NCBI GenBank assembly: GCA_963803975.1
Contig: CAWDOY010000003.1
Coordinates: 319,919-383,918, forward strand
Direction: 5' to 3'
From: an uncultured delta proteobacterium
GTDB lineage: Bacteria; Desulfobacterota; WTBG01; CAIYCZ01
Length of the DNA stretch: 64,000 nt
Part shown: piece by piece, positions 28,356 to 39,251 of the stretch
Layout of the letters: the number at the start of each line of letters is the position of its first letter
Numbering within the stretch: the first letter of the stretch is position 1
Program-made: the position numbers and the translations under genes
The notes under the pieces: generated by a model
What the model was told of the DNA's origin: nothing
The model's input: only the letters and a program-made list of their open reading frames with translations
Databases searched by the model: none

Positions 28356-29117
28356 TCATACTCTGATAACATAGCTTCCTGCAATCTTATCGTGCCACCC
28401 CCGCTTTTCCCTGCTGAAAGCAACCCAGATAAACCCGGCATAAAGAAAAAAGCGGGAAACCAGATAACCCAGCCATCTGATAAACGCTCTTTTAAACCCG
28501 AGCAATTCTCCGCTCTCATTCACCACCTTGAGACCGCAAATCCACTTTCCTATGGTCTGGCCGGTGACTGCATGGCAGTAGGTAAAGTAGAATGACTCAA
28601 TAACCGTGCTGGCAATTATATAGGGGGTAAAGAGCAATCTCAGCAGTTCCAGGGTATCTGCCTTGCCAATATCAAGAGCAGATGATTGCAGGAAGATAAA
28701 GCCGGCAAATAATAATGCCAGGGTTATGCAGTATACGATGGTACAGTCAATCGTGTAGGCAAGCAGACGTAATAAAAAGCCTCCTTTTGCTGCCGTCAGG
28801 CAGGGACCGGGGACGGCCGGCACATTGGTGGCAGAAAAATGTTTATCCAGTTCAGCAGCAGCCCCAGCCCCGGGGTTAACATGCGACTGCTTATCAACAG
28901 CACTCCCCTCTATGGCTTCAAGTTCCCTTTTAATTGTTTTTATTGTCTCACGCCATTGCGGGGGCAGAAAAGATTCGCCTTCTGGTTCGCGGGGTGCCGC
29001 TGTCCGGTCGTTGCTTATAAGATTATCAGGGGTCTTTGTTTCCTTTAACTGCGCGCCGCATTTTTTACACTGTATAAGATCATCAAAGCTGATAAACCCG
29101 CATTTCGGACATTTCAT
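28356..29117 (-). CDS. RDD-family membrane protein with N-terminal zinc ribbon
   Basis: MKCPKC..CKKC; RLLAYTID, GQTIGK, RGWHDKIAG. Confidence 0.9.
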   Translation of the reverse strand: MKCPKCGFISFDDLIQCKKCGAQLKETKTPDNLISNDRTAAPREPEGESFLPPQWRETIKTIKRELEAIEGSAVDKQSHVNPGAGAAAELDKHFSATNVPAVPGPCLTAAKGGFLLRLLAYTIDCTIVYCITLALLFAGFIFLQSSALDIGKADTLELLRLLFTPYIIASTVIESFYFTYCHAVTGQTIGKWICGLKVVNESGELLGFKRAFIRWLGYLVSRFFLYAGFIWVAFSREKRGWHDKIAGSYVIRV

Positions 29118-29164
29118 GAGTATGCTCCATGAGTACAAAAAGACACCTGTGGACGACTCCACGC

Positions 29165-29905
29165 TCAACCAAAGTCCCCTGCTTCATACCTCATTACTGA
29201 TAATACTGCCATACTGACCGTTTCGGTCCGCAATATAGCGTCACCCAGGGAAACAGGGCTGAACCCGCGCTCACGTGCAAACGCCACTTCTTCAGCGTCA
29301 AAGCCGCCTTCAGGACCGACCAGAAAAATAACATTTTTTAGAGCAGGGGAAGTTTTAAGGACGTGCCGCAACCTTAATGCGTTTTCCTCTTCCCACAGTA
29401 TAATTTTCAGATAACCGTCAAAATTCCTCATCGCAAGGCTTTTAAAAGTATCAACTTTTTCTACAGCCGGTATGTGCCGCATGCCTGACTGTTTTGCAGA
29501 TTCGAGCGCGATCTTCTGCCAGTGATTGACCCTGTCATAAGCCTTTTTCTCATCATAGCGCACACTAGTCCGCAGCGAACTAAACGGAATGATTCGGGAT
29601 ACGCCAAGTTCGGTGCTCTTCTGGACAATGAGATCCATCTTCATACCTTTTGCAAGGGCCTGCCCAAGAATAATATTTGCATCCTGCCGTTCAAGTGCCA
29701 TACAGCGATCATCAATTCGCACCTGTACCTGTTTATTATCTTTTTTGATAATCGTTCCGGTATAGATGGTTCCGTTGCAATCAAAAAGAGTTATGGAATC
29801 ATGCTCCCGAAGCCTCAGCACTTTTCCAATGTGTCTTGCTTCGCTACCCTCTATGATGACCGTGTTATTATGTATAGATTCTTTTTCAATATAAAATCGC
29901 GGCAT
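29165..29905 (-). CDS. rsmE: 16S rRNA m3U1498 methyltransferase RsmE
   Basis: HIGKVLR, QKSTELGV, VGPEGGF, LGDAILRTET. Confidence 0.95.
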   Translation of the reverse strand: MPRFYIEKESIHNNTVIIEGSEARHIGKVLRLREHDSITLFDCNGTIYTGTIIKKDNKQVQVRIDDRCMALERQDANIILGQALAKGMKMDLIVQKSTELGVSRIIPFSSLRTSVRYDEKKAYDRVNHWQKIALESAKQSGMRHIPAVEKVDTFKSLAMRNFDGYLKIILWEEENALRLRHVLKTSPALKNVIFLVGPEGGFDAEEVAFARERGFSPVSLGDAILRTETVSMAVLSVMRYEAGDFG

Positions 29906-30172
29906 ATAATAAAAAAGGCGTTGCCAGAGGTTACCTGACGGTAAGGGCACACATTATACCGGCGCCGTGACGCAAGCTACTAAGAATAGTGTTGTGGCGT
30001 TAAAACCCCCTGCGCTCGTGCTCCACTGCTCTATCCTGTCCCTTCACTGCGGCCATGCCGCTTGTTGGTTTTCTATGCCTTATTCTGGAAAAATTCCTGT
30101 CGCTTCTTTCATCTTTACTTATCATAATTTTGATGGTAAAAAAATTTGTTTATAAAGAAGGAAACTGTTGCT

Positions 30173-31297
30173 ATGCCAAGGCCAACGGTTGCTGAAATAG
30201 ATTTAGCAGCCTTACGCTACAACTTTAATAAAGTCAAGGGATTAGCCGGCAGTGGAAGGAACGTTCTTGCAATTGTCAAGGCCAATGCCTATGGGCATGG
30301 TGCGGTCAATGTTGCACGGGAGCTTGAAAGGTGCGGTGTTGATTTTCTGGGTGTTGCTATATGTGAAGAGGCTGTTGAACTGAGAAGAGCAGGCATACGT
30401 TCCCCGGTCATGGTAATGGGCGGCGTTTATAACGGCCAGGCTGAAGATGTTGTTGCCTATCATATCATTCCGGTTCTTTTTGATATCGAGACAGCTCTCA
30501 GCCTCAATGCGATAGCATCACACCATGGCCTGAGCCTGAAAGTCCATATAAAGCTTGATACCGGTATGGGAAGAATTGGCATACTGCCCGGTGACCTTGA
30601 CAGCTTCATCGAGCGCTTGAGAACCTGCAAAAATCTGGTAGTTGACGGTCTTCTTACCCATCTCGCTGCGGCAGATACTTCACCAGCATCTGCAGATGAT
30701 TTTACCGTCAAGCAGATAAATACTTTTCGTGAGTTGTCCGCACGCATCAGGGACAAGGGGTTCTCTCCCACGTATCTGCATCTGGCTAACAGTGCAGCGA
30801 TCATACGGCACCTGGAGCCTTCTTTTAACCTTATCCGGCCCGGCCTTATGCTCTATGGCATCAGCCCATCGCAGCATCTTACCATTGAGCTGAAGCCGGT
30901 TATGGCCCTTAAAACAAAAATAGCAACACTTAAGAAAGTACCCGCCGGCTCAAGCATCAGCTACCGGAGGACATTTATCACTAACCGGGAAAGCCTGATA
31001 GCAACGCTTCCCATTGGCTATGCAGACGGATACAGCCGGCAGTTTTCCAACCGGGCCGCAGTGCTCATCCGCGGGCGCAGAGCCTCAGTCGCAGGTGTGG
31101 TATGCATGGACATGGTAATGATTGATGTCACTGATGTTGCGGACGTACAAATAAATGATGAGGTCATTCTTCTCGGCACCCAGGGAGATGAAACCATTGA
31201 TTCACGTGAGCTTGCTGAAATTGCTCATTCTATCCCTTATGAAGTGCTGTGCGGCATAAGCAGCCGGGTGCCACGGGAGTATGTTAACGGGATATAA
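30173..31297 (+). CDS. alr: Alanine racemase
   Basis: VKANAYGHG, DTGMGRIG, GYADG, CMD. Confidence 0.97.
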   Translation: MPRPTVAEIDLAALRYNFNKVKGLAGSGRNVLAIVKANAYGHGAVNVARELERCGVDFLGVAICEEAVELRRAGIRSPVMVMGGVYNGQAEDVVAYHIIPVLFDIETALSLNAIASHHGLSLKVHIKLDTGMGRIGILPGDLDSFIERLRTCKNLVVDGLLTHLAAADTSPASADDFTVKQINTFRELSARIRDKGFSPTYLHLANSAAIIRHLEPSFNLIRPGLMLYGISPSQHLTIELKPVMALKTKIATLKKVPAGSSISYRRTFITNRESLIATLPIGYADGYSRQFSNRAAVLIRGRRASVAGVVCMDMVMIDVTDVADVQINDEVILLGTQGDETIDSRELAEIAHSIPYEVLCGISSRVPREYVNGI

Positions 31298-31378
31298 ATG
31301 GTCCTGATCTTTAAAAATACGTTTTATACTTTTAAAACACGTTTAATAATCAATGGTAAGAAAGGAAGGAAATGGCGT

Positions 31379-31969
31379 ATGGCGAAAATAAATAAAGTTA
31401 TCATCAGCGTATCGAATAAGGCCGGGGTCCTTGAATGTGCACAGGAGCTCAGCAAGTTTGGCGTGGAAATTCTCTCAACTGGCGGCACGGCAAAGTCTTT
31501 GCGTGAAGCCGGTTTAGCAATAAAAGACGTCTCTGAATACACGGGTTTCCCGGAAATGCTTGATGGCCGGGTTAAGACCCTTCATCCAAAAGTACATGGC
31601 GGTCTTTTGGGCCGGCGCTCCAATCCGGAGCATGTCAGCAAAATGAAAGAATACCATATCGACCCTATAGATATGATTATTGTCAACCTGTATCCGTTTG
31701 AGGAAACAGTTGCTAAAAAAGACTGTACGCTTGAAGATGCCATTGAAAACATAGATATCGGCGGACCGACTATGCTGCGGTCAGCTGCAAAGAACTATGA
31801 AGACGTTACGGTAATAGTCGACCCTGCAGATTATCCGAAAGTTATTGCGGAGATGAAGGCAAACAATGGTGTTGTTTCAAAAGCAACCAATTTTTATCTC
31901 GCAAAAAAGGTTTTCCAGAGAACCTCACAGTACGATGCGGCCATTACAGACTATCTGGCAAAAGTATAA
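31379..31969 (+). CDS. purH: IMP cyclohydrolase (N-terminal PurH domain only)
   Basis: [33 protein letters not shown]; clean stop after [12 protein letters not shown]. Confidence 0.9.
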   Translation: MAKINKVIISVSNKAGVLECAQELSKFGVEILSTGGTAKSLREAGLAIKDVSEYTGFPEMLDGRVKTLHPKVHGGLLGRRSNPEHVSKMKEYHIDPIDMIIVNLYPFEETVAKKDCTLEDAIENIDIGGPTMLRSAAKNYEDVTVIVDPADYPKVIAEMKANNGVVSKATNFYLAKKVFQRTSQYDAAITDYLAKV

Positions 31970-32014
31970 TAGGGAAATGTTCAATTCCCGGTTTAATACC
32001 TTGAGGATTATAAC

Positions 32015-33292
32015 ATGGGATTAACCGTGCTCATTGTAGGCGGCGGGGGACGGGAGCATGCACTGGCCTGGAAAATAGCACAGAGCCCCCGGGTTGATAA
32101 ACTTTTCTGTGCCCCGGGCAATGCCGGTATTGCAGAGGTTGCCGAATGTGTTTCCATTGCGTCTGAAGATATCCAATCTCTAAAAAGCTTTGCCGTCAAA
32201 AACCGGATTGACCTGACGGTGGTTGGGCCGGAAGTACCCCTGTCGCTGGGCATCGTTGATATCTTTGAAAAGGAAGGGCTTACCATCTTTGGCCCTTCGC
32301 AAAAGGCTTCGCTTCTTGAATCAAGCAAGATATTCGCCAAAGAGATCATGCGTGAGCATGGCATCCCTACCGCTGATTTCGCCCAGTTTATAAATCCTGC
32401 AGCAGCAAAAGCGTATGTTCAAAATAAAAACTGCCCTCTGGTAATAAAGGCCGACGGCCTTGCTGCAGGCAAGGGAGTCTTTCCTGCGCAAACGACAGCC
32501 GAAGCGCTGGCGGCTATAGACCGCATCATGCTGCAACATGAATTCGGCGATGCCGGCACTGCAGTGGTTGTGGAAGATTTTTTAACCGGCGAAGAAGCGT
32601 CGTTCATCTGCGTTACCGACGGCATTACCATTATTCCGCTGCCATCTTCTCAGGATCATAAACGAGTCTTTGACGGTGATGAAGGCCCTAACACCGGCGG
32701 TATGGGAGCATACTCCCCTGCCCCGGTCATTACGCCGCAGCTTGAAGAGATTATCATGCGCACGATTATGTACCCTCTGCTGCAAGCTCTCAATGCCCGC
32801 GGGATACATTTCAAAGGTGCGCTGTACGCCGGTCTTATGATTGAAGACGGGTGTCCGCGGGTGCTTGAATTTAATGCCCGCTTCGGTGACCCGGAAACCC
32901 AGCCGCTCATATTCAGGCTTAAAACAGACCTCGTGGATATAATGCAGGCGATTACTCGGGGGAGACTGGCAGATGTTGCTATTGCATGGGACCCCAGACC
33001 ATCCGTCTGTGTCGTGATGGCAGCCGGCGGCTATCCGGGGAACTACCTGAAGGGGCAGCCTATTACCGGCCTTGCTGAGGCTTCCCGCATACCGGAGGCG
33101 TTTGTCTTCCATGCCGGAACTGCTTTAAAAGATGGACAGGTAGTTTCTGCCGGCGGTCGTGTCCTGGGCGTCACAGCTCGCGGCAACACGATCGCCGAAG
33201 CAATAACAACGGTGTATCAGGCAGTTGATACAATTCACTGGGACGGTGTTCATGTTCGCAGAGATATTGCGTACCGGGCAATAAACCGGTAG
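32015..33292 (+). CDS. purD: Phosphoribosylamine--glycine ligase
   Basis: GGGGREHAL, KADGLAAGKGV, GPNTGGMGAY, RFGDPE. Confidence 0.98.
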   Translation: MGLTVLIVGGGGREHALAWKIAQSPRVDKLFCAPGNAGIAEVAECVSIASEDIQSLKSFAVKNRIDLTVVGPEVPLSLGIVDIFEKEGLTIFGPSQKASLLESSKIFAKEIMREHGIPTADFAQFINPAAAKAYVQNKNCPLVIKADGLAAGKGVFPAQTTAEALAAIDRIMLQHEFGDAGTAVVVEDFLTGEEASFICVTDGITIIPLPSSQDHKRVFDGDEGPNTGGMGAYSPAPVITPQLEEIIMRTIMYPLLQALNARGIHFKGALYAGLMIEDGCPRVLEFNARFGDPETQPLIFRLKTDLVDIMQAITRGRLADVAIAWDPRPSVCVVMAAGGYPGNYLKGQPITGLAEASRIPEAFVFHAGTALKDGQVVSAGGRVLGVTARGNTIAEAITTVYQAVDTIHWDGVHVRRDIAYRAINR

Positions 33293-33320
33293 AAGGTGCT
33301 TTTAAAAAAACGTATCAGAT

Positions 33321-34082
33321 ATGAATAATTCCTGGCTTGAATCGCGAAAAGATTTTTTTCTGCGCAATATGGTGCAGGATTTTTGTATTGCTACCATCTA
33401 TTTTGACCAGCTCGTGTGAAGAACATAAAAAAACTGGTTTAGTAGCATACCACCTGCTTGATGCGTGGATTGGTTCAGAATTAAAGAAAGGACCGCTGTG
33501 GAATTTAAAGGATCAATGCCACCGGTTATTCAGGAATAATGAAACAATGAATAATCTCTATGAACATCTGTTCGACTGGACTATCGGGTCCATTTTTCAT
33601 GAGACCATTAAATTAAAAGAGGATGCATACCAGATTGAAGCATACCGGCCCCTGCTTGAACTTGACGTTTACCGGCAGAACGAAACATTTTCCAGTAATC
33701 ATTGATGAATATCTTGCAGTGATTGAACATGCGCACAGCAACCTTGCTGATGTGCTTTCCCGGATCAAGCAGCTCTTCACAAAAGCCCTGAGTCACTTGA
33801 AGGCTATTTTCCCCGCTCATCGGGACAACCTGCTGCTGATCCGTTTTTTGCTGGATAATAACAACAAGCTTGCGCGCAAGGTCTTTGGCAAGGACTATTT
33901 TCATGCTGTTCTTTCCTCCCTGTTTCCCGAAGGCCTGCACCAGTGCATATCTGTCGTCTGCCGAGCAGTGCATTTCCCTTGGCAGGAACCAGAATGCAGT
34001 TCGCTATCTGAAAAAGGTTTTAGCCCTTGACCCGCATAACAAAGTGGCCCAGGACCTTTTACAGAAGGCGGTACAAAAATAA
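33321..34082 (+). CDS. Conserved hypothetical protein with C-terminal TPR, split by about 3 frameshifts
   Basis: MNNSWLESRKDFF start; KGPLWNLKD and DWTIGSIFHETIKLKED motifs; overlapping ORFs in successive frames. Confidence 0.65.
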
Positions 34083-34109
34083 TACGTCAACCAGAAAGGA
34101 TACCCGCCC

Positions 34110-34628
34110 ATGAAAAAGAATAAACCGCCCGTTGGTGTGGTTATGGGGAGTGATTCTGACTTTCCGATACTTGAAGAGGCTTTGCATGTTCTTGATTCAT
34201 TTGCCGTTGCCTATGAGGTAACTGTTTCATCAGCACACCGCTCTCCAGCCAGAACTTCTGCATATGCAAAAACTGCCGTGAGCCGGGGCATTGAAGTGAT
34301 AATTGTGGGAGCTGGCAGTGCAGCGCACCTTGCCGGCGTCATTGCTGCAGAAACACCGCTGCCGGTCATCGGTATACCAATAGACTCTTCCCCTCTCAAA
34401 GGCATCGATGCCCTTTTGTCCACCGTACAGATGCCGGCAGGAGTTCCGGTAGCAACCATGGCCATTGGTAAGGCAGGTGCGCGTAATGCCGCAGTCCTGG
34501 CTGTGCAGATACTGGCTCTCAAGGATGCCGGGCTGCGCAAGAAGCTCAATTCCTTCAGGAACGGGCTGGCTGAACAGGTGGAGCAAAAAGCGCAGGAACT
34601 GCAAAAGAAATTGAATCAGCGTTTATAA
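34110..34628 (+). CDS. purE: N5-CAIR mutase PurE
   Basis: MGSDSD, SAHR, AAHLAG, VQMPAGVPVAT. Confidence 0.98.
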   Translation: MKKNKPPVGVVMGSDSDFPILEEALHVLDSFAVAYEVTVSSAHRSPARTSAYAKTAVSRGIEVIIVGAGSAAHLAGVIAAETPLPVIGIPIDSSPLKGIDALLSTVQMPAGVPVATMAIGKAGARNAAVLAVQILALKDAGLRKKLNSFRNGLAEQVEQKAQELQKKLNQRL

Positions 34629-34631
34629 TTC

Positions 34632-35287
34632 ATGGCAGCAATTCTTTCAATAAACTCCGATGAACCGGAACCATCCCTTTTGCAGCAGGCTGTCCAGTGC
34701 CTGCGGGACGGCGGCATCGTTCTCTACCCGACCGAGACCTTTTACGGACTGGGCGTTCATTACGCAAATGATTCCGCCCTGAGAAGGCTTTTTCATATCA
34801 AGGAGCGTGACGCTGCAAAACCGGTATTACTCTTGATACCGGATACTGCCTGGATACACCGGCTTGCTGCTGCGGTACCTGAAGCTGCGCTTACCCTGGC
34901 CGGTCACTTCTGGCCGGGACCGCTTACCCTTGTATTACGAGCCGCCCCGCATATTTCACGTTTTATAACCGGTGACGGTAAAACAGTCGGCATGAGAATT
35001 TCAAGCAATCCCGTTGCGCACCGGTTATTGACATTGTTTGGGGACTGCATTACATCAACCAGCGCCAATCATGCAGGAGAGCGCAGCCCGGCTCCATAAA
35101 GCAGATTCCACAACAATTACTTGATGCCATCGATCTGGTTATTGATGCCGGAGAAACCCCGGGAGGCAGTCCTTCAACAGTGCTTGACCTTTCGATCATG
35201 CCATTTACTATTGTTCGTGAAGGCGCGGTGCCTCTTGCAGCTATCCAGGCGTGCCTGTCTTCTTCCGCTTCTAAACTTCACCAGTAA
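34632..35287 (+). CDS. tsaC: Threonylcarbamoyl-AMP synthase (frameshift near 35090)
   Basis: YPTETFYGL, WPGPLTL, STSAN; C-terminal DAG..PSTVLD...REGA in a shifted frame, stop at 35287. Confidence 0.9.
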
Positions 35288-35315
35288 GAAACCGGGCAAC
35301 AATTATTTAACGTTG

Positions 35316-35345
35316 TTGACATATTCATACTTCTTGTAATAAAAT
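35316..35345 (+). promoter_or_regulatory. Candidate sigma70 promoter
   Basis: TTGACA-N18-TAAAAT. Confidence 0.5.
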
Positions 35346-35395
35346 TATATAATAGCAGCATCAACAGAGCATCAGGAGCTGATCATCATAGTATT

Positions 35396-36148
35396 ATGGA
35401 AACAAAACAGGTTGATACCTTTCAGGAAGTAATAATACGCGAATATAGACCAAAGGAACTGATTGTTGCCGAAGCTGATCCCAGTGACCGATTTTATGTC
35501 ATCCTGAAGGGTGAAGTGGAGATTTATCAAAACAATAAAAACATCCGTGCGCTTAAAGAGGGCGATATATTTGGCCTGGAAAATTTTTATCTTAATCGTC
35601 CCTATACAACGTCAGCATATTCTCTCTCTCCCTCCCGCATTGCAACCTATCCAACCAAGCTGATCAGGGATATAATATACAACCGGCCGCAGCTCACAGA
35701 AAAAATTCTGCAATCCGTCATGACCCAGCTTGAGCAAACCACAGAGATTGCAGAAGAGTATATTCCGCTGGAAAATGTGGTTGATATTGCGGAATTGATT
35801 TTTCATGATGGCGATGTAATTATTGAAGAGGGAACTGCCGGGTGCGATATATATCAGCTGATTGAATCAGAAAAAGGTTTGCTGGTAACCAAGGATGGCA
35901 GTGAGGTCGGCAGAATCACCCTGCACGGAGAGTACTTCGGTGAGATTAGTGCCATCCTGAAGAAACAGCGCTCGGCAACCGTGCGCTCTCTGGGGCGCAG
36001 TGTCGTGAAAGTTTTTTCCGGCGACAACCTTGAAACAATTTTAGCAACCTATCCCCACCTTGCCAAAGTCATTGTAGACACACTTGCCCAGCGTCTTATT
36101 GCAGCCAATCTGATAATTGCAGACCGCAACTCCGGCGTGAGCCCTTAG
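35396..36148 (+). CDS. Tandem cyclic-nucleotide-binding domain protein
   Basis: Two CNB domains (GDIFG; GEYFGE..RSATV); no HTH. Confidence 0.85.
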   Translation: METKQVDTFQEVIIREYRPKELIVAEADPSDRFYVILKGEVEIYQNNKNIRALKEGDIFGLENFYLNRPYTTSAYSLSPSRIATYPTKLIRDIIYNRPQLTEKILQSVMTQLEQTTEIAEEYIPLENVVDIAELIFHDGDVIIEEGTAGCDIYQLIESEKGLLVTKDGSEVGRITLHGEYFGEISAILKKQRSATVRSLGRSVVKVFSGDNLETILATYPHLAKVIVDTLAQRLIAANLIIADRNSGVSP

Positions 36149-36251
36149 TGTTTCGATTCGCCAGTACGGTGACATATACGATACAAAGATGCTTGATAAT
36201 GCTCCCTCAGCCCTTCGATAAGCAGTCATTGCCGGACAGATCTTGATATTT

Positions 36252-37112
36252 ATGAAACGTTATTATCTCCTTATCCTTCTGCTCGTCTTCCCCCTGACCA
36301 ACTGCAATAAATCAAATCAGGAAAAAGAGCAGCTGCAATCAACGGTTGAGACGCAGCGGGCATTGCTCAATCATCCGGATATCAAAGATATGGTTTTTAT
36401 TCCGGCCGGAGAGTTTCTCATGGGCTCCGAAGATGCTGAGGCACAACCTGACGAGCAACCCGTTCACCAGGTTTTTCTGCCTGCGTATTATATCGACAGA
36501 TACGAAGTGACCAATATGCACTACCAGCGTTTTGTCCTTGCAACAGGTCGCCCGGCCCCTTTTGTGGACAGGCCCTGGGCTGAACCCTATAACTGGAAGG
36601 GCTCGGCATATCCTGAAGGTAAAGGTACCTACCCTGTTGTGCTGGTCAGCTGGGAAGATGCGCAGGCCTATGCCGGATGGATTGGCAAACGTCTACCTAC
36701 CGAGGCTGAGTGGGAAAAAGCAGCGCGCGGAAAGCTGGCACGTAAAAAATTCCCCTATGGCGACACGCTGGAAATGAGCAATGCCAATTATAATAAAGGA
36801 TTTCTCAGAGATAAAGAAATGAAACCAATTGGGAGCTTTGAGCCCAATAGTTTCGGGCTCTATGACATGGCCGGTAATGTCTGGGAGTGGTGCCGGGACT
36901 GGTATGAGGATACCGGTTATAAAAATTCTCTGAAGCAGGACCCCCAGGGGCCGCCGGAGGGAGTGTATCGTGTATGCAGAGGCGGTTCGTGGGTAAACGA
37001 TATTAATTTTCTTCGCTGCTCGCAGCGGGGAAAAAACGCGCCTGACAGCAGAAGCCATCTCACAGGTTTTCGCTGCGCACGCTCTGCCGCAGCAGTAAAA
37101 CCTGCTCCCTGA
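36252..37112 (+). CDS. FGE-sulfatase/SUMF1-domain lipoprotein
   Basis: Lipobox LTN-C; RLPTEAEWEKAA, GNVWEW, RGGSW, GFRC. Confidence 0.9.
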   Translation: MKRYYLLILLLVFPLTNCNKSNQEKEQLQSTVETQRALLNHPDIKDMVFIPAGEFLMGSEDAEAQPDEQPVHQVFLPAYYIDRYEVTNMHYQRFVLATGRPAPFVDRPWAEPYNWKGSAYPEGKGTYPVVLVSWEDAQAYAGWIGKRLPTEAEWEKAARGKLARKKFPYGDTLEMSNANYNKGFLRDKEMKPIGSFEPNSFGLYDMAGNVWEWCRDWYEDTGYKNSLKQDPQGPPEGVYRVCRGGSWVNDINFLRCSQRGKNAPDSRSHLTGFRCARSAAAVKPAP

Positions 37113-37171
37113 TTCATTCCGCATGCTGCAATCACTGCCATCGCCCTCTGTAATCCTTGAACCCTGTATTT

Positions 37172-38089
37172 TTACGGCGGGCAGAGCGCGCATACTGAGC
37201 GGAAAATCTCTGTGGACAGATACCGCTCTCCGCGATCGGCAAAAATTACCACCACCGTTGAGCCGCGCGGCAGTTCGCGTGCGACCTGAATGGCACCCCA
37301 CAAGGCAGCGCCGCTGCTGAGGCCGCAGAATAACCCCTCGCGCAAAGCCATTTCACGGAACATCTCAAACGCGGCATCATCTTCACACACCAGCTTCTCG
37401 TCAAGCATCGATGCATTGTATATTGAAGGAACAATTGACTCCTGCATATTTTTAAGTCCCTGAATGCGATGGTTCAGGGTTGGTTCCACACCAAAAACTT
37501 TGATCCCGGTATTATGCTCCTTAAAATATTGTGAGCAGCCCATAAGTGTTCCCGTGGTGCCCATGCCGGCAACAAACGCGTCCACCGCTCCCCTGGTGTC
37601 GCGCACCACTTCCGGCGCTGTAGTTTCATAATGCGCTTTCCAGTTGGCAGGATTTGAAAACTGATCCGGCATATAATACTGGTCACCGTGCATTTCCATG
37701 ATGTGGTGCGCGCGCCTGATTGCGCCATCGGTCTTATCACACCCCGGTGTTAGTTCGAGCTCTGCGCCCAGAGCAATGAGTATGGCCCGGCGCTCTTCGC
37801 TGACACAGGCAGGCATTGTCAGCTTGATGCGAAATCCCATCGCGGTTGCGATCATTGCCATGCCGATGCCGGTATTTCCCGATGTGGGCTCCAGTATCGT
37901 CTTGTCTTTGGTTAGTTCACCGGATTCGATTGCGCTCTTCAGCATGTAATAAGCGGGCCGGTCCTTTACTGACCCTCCCGGGTTTGAACCTTCAAGCTTG
38001 GCAAGAATGCGCACGCCGGTTTTATCAGCATCCCATATTCTCTGCAGTTCCACCAGTGGTGTGTTTCCAATTGCGCTCAGTAGACTCAT
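37172..38089 (-). CDS. cysM: PLP-dependent cysteine synthase (CysM/CysK family)
   Basis: NPGGSVKDR, TSGNTG, GMGTTGT. Confidence 0.85.
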   Translation of the reverse strand: MSLLSAIGNTPLVELQRIWDADKTGVRILAKLEGSNPGGSVKDRPAYYMLKSAIESGELTKDKTILEPTSGNTGIGMAMIATAMGFRIKLTMPACVSEERRAILIALGAELELTPGCDKTDGAIRRAHHIMEMHGDQYYMPDQFSNPANWKAHYETTAPEVVRDTRGAVDAFVAGMGTTGTLMGCSQYFKEHNTGIKVFGVEPTLNHRIQGLKNMQESIVPSIYNASMLDEKLVCEDDAAFEMFREMALREGLFCGLSSGAALWGAIQVARELPRGSTVVVIFADRGERYLSTEIFRSVCALCPP

Positions 38090-38144
38090 AATCTCTCCGC
38101 TAATTCAATCTATCACTATTTATTTCATAACTGTCCGGTAAAAC

Positions 38145-39251
38145 TTATATCTTTATCAGTTCATAGTCACGTTTGCCGAGCCCAAGTTTAACCGCATAGT
38201 CGAGTTGCAGTTCCCAGTCAATCTTCGGGTAAATATCCTTGAATTTATCTTTTCCCCTCGCGTGGTTTGTTGTCAGGGCACTGTTTTCCAGTCCCTGTTC
38301 ATTATTTACCAAATCAGCGGCAGCCTGGTCAATGGCTACTGGATCAAGGGAGGCCAGAATCCCGATATCAGGAACTATGGGCCGGTCCGCATGCCCGTAA
38401 CAGTCGCAAGCGGGGCTGACATCGGTTATAAAATTAAGGAAGATGGTTTTCTTCTCTTTTTCTTTGAGCACGCCCCAGGCATACTCAATCATCTTGTGCT
38501 GAAAAATTTCGATGGTCTCGTTCCAGTTGACCTGAATCGCACCATCAGGGCAGATCATGACGCATTCAGCGCAGCCGATGCATTTCTCCAGGTTGATCTT
38601 TGCCTTTTCATTTACCAATGAAATCGCCTCACCCGGGCACCAGGTGATACAACGGCCGCAGGCTGTACAGCTTTTTCTTTTGACTTTCGGAGATACATTG
38701 GAGTGCTGCTTGAGCTTACCCTGACGGGCGGCACAGCCCATGCCAAGGTTTTTCAGTGTTCCGCCAAATCCGGTCAGCTCATGGCATTTGAAATGCGCCA
38801 CACTCACCAGTACATCAGCCTGCGCAATTTCCGCGCCGACAAAAACTTCCTTGAAGTGTTTACCGGCTATCTTTATTCGCTGAAAGGAGTTCCCCCTGAG
38901 CCCGTCAGCGATGATAAGCGGGGCACCAATCGTTTCAAAGCCGAATCCATGTTCTATCGCCAGCTTCAGGTGCGAGACAGCTTCGCCGCGCTCTCCCCGG
39001 TACAGGGTATTGGCATCAGTTAGAAACGGCCTGCCGCCGCACGCGTATATTTTCTGGACAATGTCCCGCAGGAATATCGGCCGGATGAAGGCGGTATTAC
39101 CCTTTTCACCAAAATGCAGCTTGACTGCCACCAGCTCTTTTTCTTGTATGATGGATGCGATTGCGACTTGATCAAGGAGGCGATGGAGACGCGCGGTGAA
39201 GCTTTCACGGATATCTGTGCGCAGGTCAAAGAGAAATACCGGGCTTTTCAT
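38145..39251 (-). CDS. DUF362 Fe-S protein with 2x[4Fe-4S] ferredoxin insert
   Basis: KLHFGE, HFKCH, KNLGMG, two CxxCxxCxxxCP motifs, DPVAIDQA. Confidence 0.9.
   Translation of the reverse strand: MKSPVFLFDLRTDIRESFTARLHRLLDQVAIASIIQEKELVAVKLHFGEKGNTAFIRPIFLRDIVQKIYACGGRPFLTDANTLYRGERGEAVSHLKLAIEHGFGFETIGAPLIIADGLRGNSFQRIKIAGKHFKEVFVGAEIAQADVLVSVAHFKCHELTGFGGTLKNLGMGCAARQGKLKQHSNVSPKVKRKSCTACGRCITWCPGEAISLVNEKAKINLEKCIGCAECVMICPDGAIQVNWNETIEIFQHKMIEYAWGVLKEKEKKTIFLNFITDVSPACDCYGHADRPIVPDIGILASLDPVAIDQAAADLVNNEQGLENSALTTNHARGKDKFKDIYPKIDWELQLDYAVKLGLGKRDYELIKI

Noticed and set aside
29910..30140. ncRNA between rsmE and alr
   Set aside because: No recognisable 6S, SRP, tmRNA or riboswitch motifs; the length fits divergent promoters
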